Origin: an uncultured Candidatus Saccharibacteria bacterium
Lineage (GTDB): Bacteria > Patescibacteriota > Minisyncoccia > Phycocordibacterales > CAIZLB01
Direction: 5' to 3'
Length of the DNA stretch: 54,353 bases
Assembly: GCA_964500215.1 (NCBI GenBank)
Contig: CAZCNA010000002.1
Coordinates: 1-54,353 of the forward strand
Positions 26,514 to 35,831 of this stretch are shown here, piece by piece. The first letter of the stretch is position 1. Every line of letters begins with the position of its first letter. The notes under the pieces were generated by a model. That model did no database searches and was not told the DNA's origin. It saw only the letters and a list, made by a program, of their open reading frames with translations. Both the position numbers and the translations under genes were made by a program.

Positions 26514-27788
26514 ATGCTTGATATAAAATTTATTAGAGAAAATAAAGACCTTATAAAAGAAGGTGCCCGAAAGAAACGACTCGAATTCGACGTAGAACGA
26601 CTTATCGAAGTAGATGCACGACGACGAGAACTCGTTGCCTCTGTAGAAGCAAAGAAGACTGAACAAAATAAAGTTAGTCAGGAAATTACTTCAACAACAG
26701 ACCAGACACAGCGACAAACACTCATCGACCAGATGCGTGTGGTAAAAGAAGCTGCCAAAATAGAAGAAGAACAACTCGCCGAGGTCATGAAAGAATGGCA
26801 GGCACTCATGGTTGCTGTTCCAAACATCCCAGATATTTCAGTACCAGAAGGGGAATCAGATGCTGATAACCAAGAAGTACGACAATGGGGTGAAATTCCA
26901 AAATTCGACTTCGAGCCAAAGAAGCATTATGAATTGATGGAAGCACTCGATATGGTGGACTTTGATCGAGGAACAAAAGTTTCAGGTTTTCGAGGTTATT
27001 TTTTGAAAAATGACGGCGTGCTTCTTCACTTTGCGGTATGGCAGTTCGTTCTCGATACATTGGTGAAGCAGGGCTTTAGTCCAATGATGGTGCCATCACT
27101 CGTACGTCGAGAAACACTCCTCGGTTCTGGATATCTTCCACAAGGTGAAGACGACCTCTACAAAACACAGGACAGCGATTATCTCGCAGGTACAGGAGAA
27201 GTTGCAACAATGGCATATTATTCTGACGAAGTGATCGATGCATCACAGCTTCCGCTCAAGATGCTTGCCTTTTCACCATGTTTTCGACGAGAAGCAGGAA
27301 GTCACGGCAAAGATGTGAAGGGTCTCTATCGAGTACATGAATTTTATAAATTCGAGCAAGTAGTTCTCTGTGAAGCTAATCATCAGACATCTGTGGAACT
27401 TCATGAACAGATCACTGACAACGCCGAGAAATTGTTGCAGGCGCTCAAAGTCCCATATCACGTTGTTGTAAACTGTGGCGCTGACCTCGGTCTCGGTCAG
27501 GTAAAGAAATATGACATCGAAGCATGGCGACCAGGCGAAGGAAAATATGGCGAAACACATTCTGCTTCATACTTCCATGATTTCCAAACACGACGTCTCA
27601 ATATTCGATACCGAGATGCTGAAGGCAAGCTCCGATTCGTTCATTCATTGAACAACACTGCCGCTGCCACACCTCGATTGCTCATTTCTATTATCGAAAA
27701 CTATCAGCAAGCAGACGGATCTATCGTTATCCCAGAAGTACTTCGACCATACATGGGCGGGCGAGATCGCATCACAAAAGCACAATAA
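26514..27788 (+). CDS. serS: seryl-tRNA synthetase
   Basis: The N-terminal coiled-coil arm is MLDIKFIRENKD. Class II motifs are present (FSPCFRREAGSHG, YRVHEFYKFEQ, GETHSASYFHDFQTRR, LNNTAAATPR). Confidence 0.9.
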   Translation: MLDIKFIRENKDLIKEGARKKRLEFDVERLIEVDARRRELVASVEAKKTEQNKVSQEITSTTDQTQRQTLIDQMRVVKEAAKIEEEQLAEVMKEWQALMVAVPNIPDISVPEGESDADNQEVRQWGEIPKFDFEPKKHYELMEALDMVDFDRGTKVSGFRGYFLKNDGVLLHFAVWQFVLDTLVKQGFSPMMVPSLVRRETLLGSGYLPQGEDDLYKTQDSDYLAGTGEVATMAYYSDEVIDASQLPLKMLAFSPCFRREAGSHGKDVKGLYRVHEFYKFEQVVLCEANHQTSVELHEQITDNAEKLLQALKVPYHVVVNCGADLGLGQVKKYDIEAWRPGEGKYGETHSASYFHDFQTRRLNIRYRDAEGKLRFVHSLNNTAAATPRLLISIIENYQQADGSIVIPEVLRPYMGGRDRITKAQ

Positions 27789-27846
27789 CGCACCTCTGTT
27801 GCCGGGGTGTGTTTTGACGCAAGGGTAGGACGGCACATATATATGT

Positions 27847-28914
27847 ATGAATAGCACACGACCTTATCTACGTTCTCCAAAATTAGCCAGAAGACGACGC
27901 CAGCGAGCTATTCGCCGGTTGGTGCTCTTTGTATTGCTCATTGTGGCAGTAGTGGGCGGATTGGCTGGTCTCACGCATGTAGATGCTGTGACAATCAATA
28001 CCGTGGCCGTAGAAGGGAATCAAATCGTGCCTGCGCAACAGATTGCGGGCAAGGTAGAAGGAATGCTCGACAACTCATTTTTGTATATTTTTTCTCGACG
28101 GAATATTCTCATGTATCCTTCAGCAAAAATTGAACAAGAATTAATGACAGCCTATCCACGATTCGGGTCTGTAGTTGTACATGCAGTGAGCCCGACAAAA
28201 ATACAAGTCCTCGTCTCTGAACGAAAACCAAAATCATTGTGGTGCAAAACGGCAAATGGCAATGATGTGTCTGTTGCACTCAAAAACGAACAACGAGAAG
28301 TGTCTGATGCTTCTGCATCATCGTCACTGAATGCGGATGCTGCAGGATCTTCGTCAACAAATGACATCCAACAGCGTGCGAACGAAGCCATCCTCGCAGG
28401 ACAGCTTTGTTATTTCCTCGATGCGGAAGGATATATTTTCTCCCTCGCACCAAATTTCCAAGGAAATGCGTATTTGAAATTCTATGGTGGTACTATTGGT
28501 CCAAATCCGATTGGTCAGTCTCTGATGAGTTCAACGACATATACAGATCTCATTCACTTGGCAGATGCATTGCAAGGCAAAGATCTCAAGATTGACTACA
28601 TTACTGTCAAAAATAAAAGTAGTTTCAACATAAAATTGCAGGGGAATGGTGAGCTCTATTTTAGTAACCAAAAACCATTTGAGCAGGCGTTCAATACACT
28701 CCTCACCGCGCTCGCGAGTGAAGTATTCGGTGGCTCACAACCTTCAGGTATTACAGCAAAAGCTGTGACTCCGAATGCTTCATCATCATTTCGAACTCAA
28801 AAAATCACTCAATTTGAATACATCGATATGCGATTTGGAAACAAAGTATTTTATAAACTCAAAGGATTGCCTGCTGCAACGGTGTCTGCAACAAGTGCGT
28901 CATCAACGCAGTAG
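27847..28914 (+). CDS. FtsQ/DivIB-like cell division protein
   Basis: A basic N-terminus is followed by a single TM helix (LVLFVLLIVAVVGGLAGL). A POTRA-like segment follows (VTINTVAVEGNQIVPAQQIAGKV…VLVSERKP). Confidence 0.55.
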   Translation: MNSTRPYLRSPKLARRRRQRAIRRLVLFVLLIVAVVGGLAGLTHVDAVTINTVAVEGNQIVPAQQIAGKVEGMLDNSFLYIFSRRNILMYPSAKIEQELMTAYPRFGSVVVHAVSPTKIQVLVSERKPKSLWCKTANGNDVSVALKNEQREVSDASASSSLNADAAGSSSTNDIQQRANEAILAGQLCYFLDAEGYIFSLAPNFQGNAYLKFYGGTIGPNPIGQSLMSSTTYTDLIHLADALQGKDLKIDYITVKNKSSFNIKLQGNGELYFSNQKPFEQAFNTLLTALASEVFGGSQPSGITAKAVTPNASSSFRTQKITQFEYIDMRFGNKVFYKLKGLPAATVSATSASSTQ

Positions 28915-29090
28915 CATAGTGGTGACTAAGATATCTCAATTTTTGTTAAAACAAATATAAAAAAGAACCACCCCGACGAAATTCGCAAATTTCGCGGGGC
29001 AGTTGTGTTGTGGAAGCTTTTCCAAGCACCTCCGTTTTGGAGGAATGGGGTGTACTGGGGGATCGCGGGGCCGTGTCGCAGTAGCTGATA

Positions 29091-29783
29091 TTAAAGCGCC
29101 GTTTGCAGCAGCTTCGTCTTCAGCTCCGGAGTGATGTCGCCGGTGATGACCTGGATTTTTTTCATCTCGGCGGTATACATCCGTTCGGCCAGCATCTCGA
29201 CGGCGTCGAATTCGGCATCCAACTTGCTGCAGGTCGCATTCTCCTGGTCGGCGATGGTGTTCATCGTCTTGACGAACGACATGAAGGCCGGAGATGTGGG
29301 CACTGCGGGCAAGTTGTGTTCCGCAATCTGCGTGGAGTTGGATTCGAGCCAATAGACGGCGGCGGTCGAGTCTTCTTTCCTCAACTTGTCGAGCGCGGTG
29401 ATGCGCTGCGAGTTGTATTGATCAATGATCCGATCGCGCCGCTGAACCTTCCTCAGCATCAAGGTGTCCTGACGGGCGACCTTTTTGACGAAGGCCTCGC
29501 CCTCCAGGACTTTTTTGTCCAGGTTCGGGCGGAGCACGATGTAGGCGCGCCAGCTTGACGGATCGCCGGGCACATCCGACGTCGGTGGTTTCATGTAGAA
29601 GACCACCTGCGGCAGGTTGTGTTCGGCGCCGGATTCCTGGATGTATTGGATCAAGGTATCTCCGGGCGGCGTGTCGGGCGCTTTGTCCACCTGGGTCACA
29701 GGGGAAGTATCGGCGCCGGCGGCGATCGCGGGATTCATGGCACAAGCAATGGCAATAGTCAGATAAAACAGATGTTTTTTCAT
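29091..29783 (-). CDS. secreted hypothetical protein (higher-GC gene)
   Basis: Start is taken at ATG 29783, with AAGGA 9 nt upstream. The signal peptide is MKKHLFYLTIAIACAMNPAIAAG. An internal duplicated motif AEHNLP occurs twice. I recognise no family. Confidence 0.5.
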   Translation of the reverse strand: MKKHLFYLTIAIACAMNPAIAAGADTSPVTQVDKAPDTPPGDTLIQYIQESGAEHNLPQVVFYMKPPTSDVPGDPSSWRAYIVLRPNLDKKVLEGEAFVKKVARQDTLMLRKVQRRDRIIDQYNSQRITALDKLRKEDSTAAVYWLESNSTQIAEHNLPAVPTSPAFMSFVKTMNTIADQENATCSKLDAEFDAVEMLAERMYTAEMKKIQVITGDITPELKTKLLQTAL

Positions 29784-30028
29784 AGTGCGGGTCCTTGTTT
29801 GTCTTGTATAACGCAATACTATTTTTGGAATATCAGCATGATACTCCGACACGGAACATTGCTGCTCCTGCCTCGTGGTATACGAAAAATAGAATCAAGA
29901 TATACAAAACGTCTGCGTACAATATTGACATAGTATGGCATATACGTCAAGTATTGGGACAATACGGAAAATTATTAAAAAGAAGCCCTGTTACCGGCAC
30001 ATTTTCACATTTGATTGAACAAAAAAGT

Positions 30029-31432
30029 ATGAGAAATTCATATAGTTGTAGTATACTTATGTCAATTATGGATACGAATCCACAAATACAACCTATTGCT
30101 CCTATTCCTCAGGATGAGCCTGACACAACTGAGACTATGCCACAGCATCAGCCATCACCACTGCTCGCGTATGCACCATATATACCGACGACACGTCCTG
30201 CGACAGAACCGAACTACTGGGAAGGCCTCGATCAGGTAAAGTTCGCAGACCTCGGCGGTCGTCGTCATGCAAACGGTGGCGTTCACCCAGATGATGAAGC
30301 CAAGGCTCGTGCAAAAGCAGGCAGACCAAGTCTCCATTTCAAATTGATCAAACAATGGTACCTTCGTGATCACACACGCCTCGAGTATGTCGGATGGGCA
30401 GCGCTTGCTCTCTTTATCGGTATTGCAATTGCGTCATTCATCACACAGGCGGTGCTCCTCGCTGGAGATTTCATCAAAGACAAGAACGGCCCACGTATAG
30501 CTCTTTTCAATACATCAGTCAATACTGATGCTGCCAAACGTGCTGCGGGTGCCAACGGCCCAACAGACGGAGAACCTCGGGGATCAGATGATGTGATGGC
30601 CACGTCTTCGATGAATCAGTATCGATTGGCCAATGCAGACAATTTTCCGAAACTTCTCGCTCGAGCATTTCTCGTGGGTGATATAGAGACAGGGGAGATT
30701 ATTTATGAAAAGAATCCAGGACTCGTTTCACCCATGGCGTCAGTTTCCAAACTCATGACTGCAGTTATAGCCCAAGAAAAAATGAATCCAAGTACGGTGG
30801 CAATCGTGTCTCGTGATTCATACAATACATACGGCAGCGAAGGGGGACTTCTCCTCGGAGAAAAGATAAAGCTCGTCGATCTCATGTATCCGCTTCTCAT
30901 CGAGTCAAGCAACGATGGGGCAGAGGTGATCGCAGACGCATATCCAGAAGGTCACGCAAAATTCCTCGAAGAAATGAACAAAAAGGCCGCCTCTCTCGGC
31001 ATGACTGATACATATTATGAAGATCCGAGCGGTCTTTCACCTCAGAACGTTTCGAGTATTGAAGATCTCTTTACACTCGGCAGATATATTTACAAAAAAG
31101 TACCCATCATCTACGACATGACGCGTGTTCGACAATTCTCTATCGTCGGTCACACATGGGCAAACAAAAATCACCTCTTGTTGGAGAAAACATTCGTCGG
31201 AGGCAAGAACGGTTTTATCGACGAAGCAAAACAGACAACTGTTTCTCTCTTCAACATTCCACTCGCCAAGGGAGGCACACGAACAATCGCCATCGTCATC
31301 CTCAAGAGTGAAGACCGCACAAGTGATGCACAGAAAATCATCACCTTCCTCAAAAAGAACGCATACTACACTCCAGAGCTCGATGCAAAGATCGACGTGA
31401 ATACTATCCCTGCGACATCCACAGCTCGATAA
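30029..31432 (+). CDS. D-alanyl-D-alanine carboxypeptidase (peptidase S11 / low-MW PBP) with long N-terminal membrane-anchored extension
   Basis: It has SxxK (SVSKLMT), SxN (ESSNDGA) and a KTG-like motif (GGKNGF). The TM helix is WAALALFIGIAIASFITQAVLL. Start is uncertain (ATG at 30029, 30059 or 30068). The listed ORF start 29795 would overlap the divergent gene. Confidence 0.7.
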   Translation: MRNSYSCSILMSIMDTNPQIQPIAPIPQDEPDTTETMPQHQPSPLLAYAPYIPTTRPATEPNYWEGLDQVKFADLGGRRHANGGVHPDDEAKARAKAGRPSLHFKLIKQWYLRDHTRLEYVGWAALALFIGIAIASFITQAVLLAGDFIKDKNGPRIALFNTSVNTDAAKRAAGANGPTDGEPRGSDDVMATSSMNQYRLANADNFPKLLARAFLVGDIETGEIIYEKNPGLVSPMASVSKLMTAVIAQEKMNPSTVAIVSRDSYNTYGSEGGLLLGEKIKLVDLMYPLLIESSNDGAEVIADAYPEGHAKFLEEMNKKAASLGMTDTYYEDPSGLSPQNVSSIEDLFTLGRYIYKKVPIIYDMTRVRQFSIVGHTWANKNHLLLEKTFVGGKNGFIDEAKQTTVSLFNIPLAKGGTRTIAIVILKSEDRTSDAQKIITFLKKNAYYTPELDAKIDVNTIPATSTAR

Positions 31433-31580
31433 TATGGCCCTGTAGAGCCATAAAATATGCTTGCGTTTTGGGCCTCACCTGCTATTATTATAGGGAAGCA
31501 CCTTTACATCGTCCCCCTCTTTCGGGAGCGATCGCAGGCTTGATTCAGGGCTTCGGCTTTGGATATTCTCAACACAAGAG

Positions 31581-31609
31581 AAGGCGACCGCTCACCGGTT
31601 GCCTTTTTT
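31581..31609 (+). terminator. intrinsic terminator about 150 nt downstream of the carboxypeptidase gene
   Basis: 10-bp stem AAGGCGACCG / CGGTTGCCTT (one G-U) followed by TTTTTT. Confidence 0.6.
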
Positions 31610-31745
31610 GTATGCGAGCGACGTCTGCATACAATCATCTCATGTTGAGCAACCGAGCGATTGCCTCGAAAGAGGGGGAAGATTGGCAGTAGCCAATGCG
31701 AACAGCAAGTCGGCTTTTCGAAAAGCCCCCGATAACAGTATCAAC

Positions 31746-32006
31746 ATGTTCAAGGGAAATATGTTGTTCGCACTCGGCATCGCTGCCGGGATTTTCTTTC
31801 TGAGTGCATCATTTGCGCTTGGAGTGGCCCTCAAACAGTTCTTTGGAGCAATGAGCATGCCTACGAATATGACCGTTCAGATTGAACGAGACATTCGAAA
31901 CATGCCAGTACACGTTCCCAGTCCAACAGACGGGGAAATGCAAACTGCGGGATATAGTTATATCCCATCACCAGCTCCGTATCATCCAATTTCGTACCAG
32001 CCTTAG
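31746..32006 (+). CDS. small membrane protein (86 aa; higher-GC region)
   Basis: An internal ATG of listed ORF 31599..32006 precedes a clear TM helix (MLFALGIAAGIFFLSASFALGVAL). The tail is Pro-rich. Confidence 0.4.
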   Translation: MFKGNMLFALGIAAGIFFLSASFALGVALKQFFGAMSMPTNMTVQIERDIRNMPVHVPSPTDGEMQTAGYSYIPSPAPYHPISYQP

Positions 32007-32141
32007 GCAGGACGAATTGGAACATCGGCACTTCGGTGCCATTCGACCTTCGGGTCAGGTCTCACCTGCGGGGAGTGAGATAACAGCCGTCCATTTCTGG
32101 GCGGCTTTTCGTTTGGCAAAATTGTGCTATACTTTTTTCGT

Positions 32142-32219
32142 ATGGCACGACCATCAATTACATGTACAAAGTGGACATTCTTCTTCTCTACGGAGAGGGG
32201 TTTTGCCTTGTATATGTAA
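32142..32219 (+). CDS. candidate leaderless micro-ORF (25 aa, MARPSITCTKWTFFFSTERGFALYM)
   Basis: TGcTATACT box at 32125-32133 lies 8 nt before the ATG. A hairpin-plus-T-run terminator follows at about 32247-32282. This is purely positional evidence. Confidence 0.2.
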   Translation: MARPSITCTKWTFFFSTERGFALYM

Positions 32220-32373
32220 GCTGAAGGTTTACATCTCACATGATCCAAAACACCTTTCCACACGAGAGGTGTTTTGTTTTGTGCAGGGTGGCATACACGA
32301 ACATCGAGATATCGATCATAGAACATTGAAAACTGAATATCTGTACAACAACAGAAACCAAGAAAACAAACAC

Positions 32374-32985
32374 ATGAAAAAGCAGAAACATTGCTCTCAT
32401 TTGGATGACGCAGAAACGGCGGCGCTGTCGGATGATATCCGAGCCGCCGTCCGCAAATTGCACACGAATGGTCGCGGGCCGGACGGACTCACCCTCGAAG
32501 AAGTCATGATGTGCTATTACCTCAAGCCTTGCGTGCGGGTCACTCCGCCTGCAGAACCGCTTCTGGGATATCCCTATCGTGAAGGATCCGTGCTCGTCTA
32601 TGACGACCGGGTGGAACTCGTTCTGAAGCCTGAGGCCAATACCTTGCGGTTCCCCTCGGCCCGTTCGCGGTTCGTGGGAGCGCCGAGCAAACGCTTCCAC
32701 GGTCTCTTGCCTGGGTCTCGCTTCCGTACGGTGGAGGGAATCTGCACCTACATGGAAGAACGTGACAGAGTGGCGGAGATCCGGAACTTGGTCCGCGAAG
32801 CGCATGCGTCAATCAAACAACGCTGCGCACAGTCCCACCCTTCGGAAAGCTTCTTTGCTGCCAATGAAGTGGGGAAACTCAACGATCATCGCTGCAAAGA
32901 GGCCTTCGGGCTTGCCGGTGCGATGAAAGGGTCTCGCTTTCGGAGTGTTCTCCGTGCCCAGTTCGGCCCGTCTGAGTGGGATTGA
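32374..32985 (+). CDS. hypothetical protein (203 aa; higher-GC gene)
   Basis: Start is taken at ATG 32374 (MKKQKHCSH…). The upstream 490 nt of listed ORF 31882..32985 contains two terminator-like hairpins and overlaps the previous gene. I recognise no family. Confidence 0.45.
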   Translation: MKKQKHCSHLDDAETAALSDDIRAAVRKLHTNGRGPDGLTLEEVMMCYYLKPCVRVTPPAEPLLGYPYREGSVLVYDDRVELVLKPEANTLRFPSARSRFVGAPSKRFHGLLPGSRFRTVEGICTYMEERDRVAEIRNLVREAHASIKQRCAQSHPSESFFAANEVGKLNDHRCKEAFGLAGAMKGSRFRSVLRAQFGPSEWD

Positions 32986-33015
32986 GGAGGGAAGTTCGAG
33001 GTCTGTCTGTACCCA

Positions 33016-33052
33016 ACCCGCTACGATCGAGAGGTCGTGGCGGGTTTTTTTG
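33016..33052 (+). terminator. intrinsic terminator of the 32374..32985 gene
   Basis: ACCCGCTACG / CGTGGCGGGT stem followed by TTTTTTT. Confidence 0.7.
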
Positions 33053-33386
33053 TATTTTGATTGAATAGGAGCCTTTTAGAAGACCAATAAAGCCCACATT
33101 TGGCTACCGAATATCAAGCAAAGTTTCTTTGGAACTACGAGGTAGACTGCGGAAGAAATGAGGAAATTTAAGTAAAACAAAACCCCACAGAGGTGGGATT
33201 TTGTTGTTCATCTAATTTCTACTTACTTCTGCTTTTCTTTCTCAGTAGTATTTGGATGCTTTTTTGCGTATGATTCCTTTACATATCTTCCAGTTACAGA
33301 ACTTCTGTAGGAATAACTAGTTTTTTTTTGCAATTGCTACCTAACGTCCGCTTATAGCCGAGCAATACCTTTGTGGATATCTAGCT

Positions 33387-33485
33387 TTGGACTTATCACT
33401 AAATTAGTGTAGTATTTATATTGTTAGATACAAATATTAAGTCTTTGCATAATACCTCTGTTTCCGCAGGGGTATTTGCTTTTTT
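33387..33485 (+). ncRNA. orphan promoter-to-terminator unit (predicted ~60-nt transcript) in the AT-rich region upstream of the R-M operon
   Basis: TTGGAC (33387-33392), a 17-nt spacer, then TAGTAT (33410-33415). A 10-bp hairpin AATACCTCTG / CAGGGGTATT (33451-33476) plus TTTTTT follows. There is no ORF in between. Confidence 0.25.
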
Positions 33486-34012
33486 ATGACACTTCACGAA
33501 CATTTATTTTAGAGTGGTTAATAATCAGAGCCTTAACACCACTTTATAAGACTAAGATCTAATCAAAAACTTGACTAGATACCTATATTATACCAAAAAA
33601 TACCTTCTAAAATAAGGATAAAATGCAAAAAACACATCTACAAAACATAATCTATACTTTGTAAATACCCATGAGTTTTACCATGACCACAACAGGAACA
33701 CCTGTTACTTTAAATCTTCAGATATTAGCATATAAACCTTCGCAATAAGGCTCTTATTGGCGATTAGAATTTTATGATCATTGGTTCATATTATCGTGTT
33801 GACCTGATTTACCTTGAGTATCATTACACTCTTAAGTGATTCTGAGTTGTTAGTGAAGTAGATGTCTACTGGTGAGCGTCTTTTGAACATACAGGAATAG
33901 TAAGCTGTCCTGAATGTAAGCAACCATGGACCGGCATGTAACTTTTAATTTGAAATTGGCAAATTTAAAGTTAAGTCTCCAACTTTTAATACGTGCAAAA
34001 TTTTGTAGGAAA

Positions 34013-34108
34013 TGTTAAATCTCGTTGCGGAGTTAAATTGAAATAATCTTTGTTTATAAGGCTTTTATTGATATCGATGTTAAATGTTCATCGTAAGTTG
34101 TGTTAAAT
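34013..34108 (+). repeat. four (T/A)GTTAAAT boxes within 95 bp, ending 40 bp upstream of the methyltransferase start
   Basis: GTTAAAT at 34014, 34032, 34079 and 34102. Three copies carry the full 8-mer TGTTAAAT. Confidence 0.5.
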
Positions 34109-34148
34109 AATTCTCTAGAGAGAAAAACCTTTATTTTTAGGCCAAAAA

Positions 34149-35831
34149 ATGGTAAAGTGTTGTGTAATGAATCCCATTGCAACTAATAAGAATACAAAGA
34201 AAGATTATTCAAACCTTAGCAAAGAGGATCTAATTAAAATTGTAGAAAAACTTGAATCTCGAAAGAAATACGGACTTATCTGGGATGAAGATAAGGTAAA
34301 AGAACAATTTGAAAAGGATGCAGAAAATGCATTACCTGTTCTTAAAGAAGTGAAAGGAAAAGAGATTACTGATAAAGATGATACTAAGCCAGTAAATATT
34401 TTGATCGAGGGTGACAACTATCATGCTCTATCTGTTTTGAATTTTACACATCAAGGAAAGGTTGACGTTATTTATATTGATCCACCCTACAACACAGGCG
34501 AAGGTGATTTTAAATATAACGATAAATGGGTAGACAAAACAGATATCTGGAGACACAGTAAGTGGCTCAGTTTTATTGCAAAAAGAATTCGTCTCGCAAA
34601 GACCCTTTTAAGTAATGATGGTGTCATTTTTATTTCAATTGATGATAACGAATTTGCTCAGCTTAAGCTCTTGATGAATGAAATATTCGGGGAATCTAAT
34701 TATTACGGCTGTATTACTTGGATAAAGAGAACTAAATCTACGAATTCAGGTAAAGCAAAGAAAATGCTTCAACAGAAAACGGAATATATTCTTGCTTACG
34801 GTATAAAACCAACCGACACCTTTGAGGGATTTGAACTGATCTATAGTGGTGAACAAAAAAAGTATCCACATAAGGGTAAATTTGGTCCATGTCGTTTTGA
34901 AAACCTGGAAGCGACAGACTATGGAAGAAAAAAGAGAGATACAATGAAGTTTCCAATATTAGGAGTAAAACCTCGAGACGGTAGACGTTGGCAGATTGGA
35001 AAAGAAACTGCTGATCAAATGGTTAAAGATGGAAAGATAGAATTGATTGATGGCGTTCCAATGAGGGCTGTATATCCAGATGATGAGGAAAGTGAATCAT
35101 TCATACCTTTCTGGTCTCATTTAGAGAATGTTGGAACTGCTGAAACAGGCAAGCAAGAATTAAATGAAATCATTGGCCCAGATCATGGATTCGATACCGT
35201 TAAGCCCACCCCACTACTCAAAACTATATTTGAGCGATTCAAAAAAGACATAACTGTACTCGACTTTTTTGCAGGAACAGGGACTACAGGGCAAGTAGTA
35301 ATGGAGATGAATAAAGATGGTGGTAAACGACAATTCATTTTATGCACAAATGATGATGGCGGTATTTGTACAGATGTTTGTTATCCTAGAATTAGTAATG
35401 TTATCAAAGGATACAAAACTACTAGTAAAAAAGATGTAGTTGAGGGTTTGAATACTTCTCTAAAATATTTCAAAACTAAATTCATCAAGAAAACCGCAAG
35501 CAAAGATGATTTGAAAATACGCATGACAAAGGAGTGTACTGAAATGCTTTGTTTGCGTGAAGGTATTTTTGATGAAATAAAAACAACCGAAGATTACAGA
35601 ATATTCCAGAAAGGCAATAAAGTTCTTGCTGCCTACTACTCTCTAGATAGAAAGGCTCTGTCTGAACTTAAAAAAGAATTAAGTAAGATCGAAGGAGAAA
35701 AGATTCTCTATTGCTTTACTCTTGATCCGCTCGGATTAAACAAAAAAGACTTTAACGGATGGAAGGACGTAACGGTCGAACCTATTCCTCAAAAAATCCT
35801 AGACGTATATAAACAAATTTATGAGTATTAA
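34149..35831 (+). CDS. DNA methyltransferase, Type III Mod-like (beta-class N6A/N4C)
   Basis: Motif IV DVIYIDPPYNTG precedes motif I VLDFFAGTGTTG by about 270 aa (the IV-TRD-I order of beta-class enzymes). HSKWLSFIAKRIRLAKTLLSNDGVIFISIDDNE is a typical Mod block. The alternative start ATG 34167 is possible. Confidence 0.8.
   Translation: MVKCCVMNPIATNKNTKKDYSNLSKEDLIKIVEKLESRKKYGLIWDEDKVKEQFEKDAENALPVLKEVKGKEITDKDDTKPVNILIEGDNYHALSVLNFTHQGKVDVIYIDPPYNTGEGDFKYNDKWVDKTDIWRHSKWLSFIAKRIRLAKTLLSNDGVIFISIDDNEFAQLKLLMNEIFGESNYYGCITWIKRTKSTNSGKAKKMLQQKTEYILAYGIKPTDTFEGFELIYSGEQKKYPHKGKFGPCRFENLEATDYGRKKRDTMKFPILGVKPRDGRRWQIGKETADQMVKDGKIELIDGVPMRAVYPDDEESESFIPFWSHLENVGTAETGKQELNEIIGPDHGFDTVKPTPLLKTIFERFKKDITVLDFFAGTGTTGQVVMEMNKDGGKRQFILCTNDDGGICTDVCYPRISNVIKGYKTTSKKDVVEGLNTSLKYFKTKFIKKTASKDDLKIRMTKECTEMLCLREGIFDEIKTTEDYRIFQKGNKVLAAYYSLDRKALSELKKELSKIEGEKILYCFTLDPLGLNKKDFNGWKDVTVEPIPQKILDVYKQIYEY

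Noticed and set aside
31882-32373. The N-terminal 164 codons of the listed 367-aa ORF.
   Set aside because: This part overlaps the previous gene in another frame and runs through two hairpin plus T-run terminators. It has an odd His/Cys-rich composition. A stop-poor frame is expected in GC-richer DNA. The start was moved to ATG 32374.
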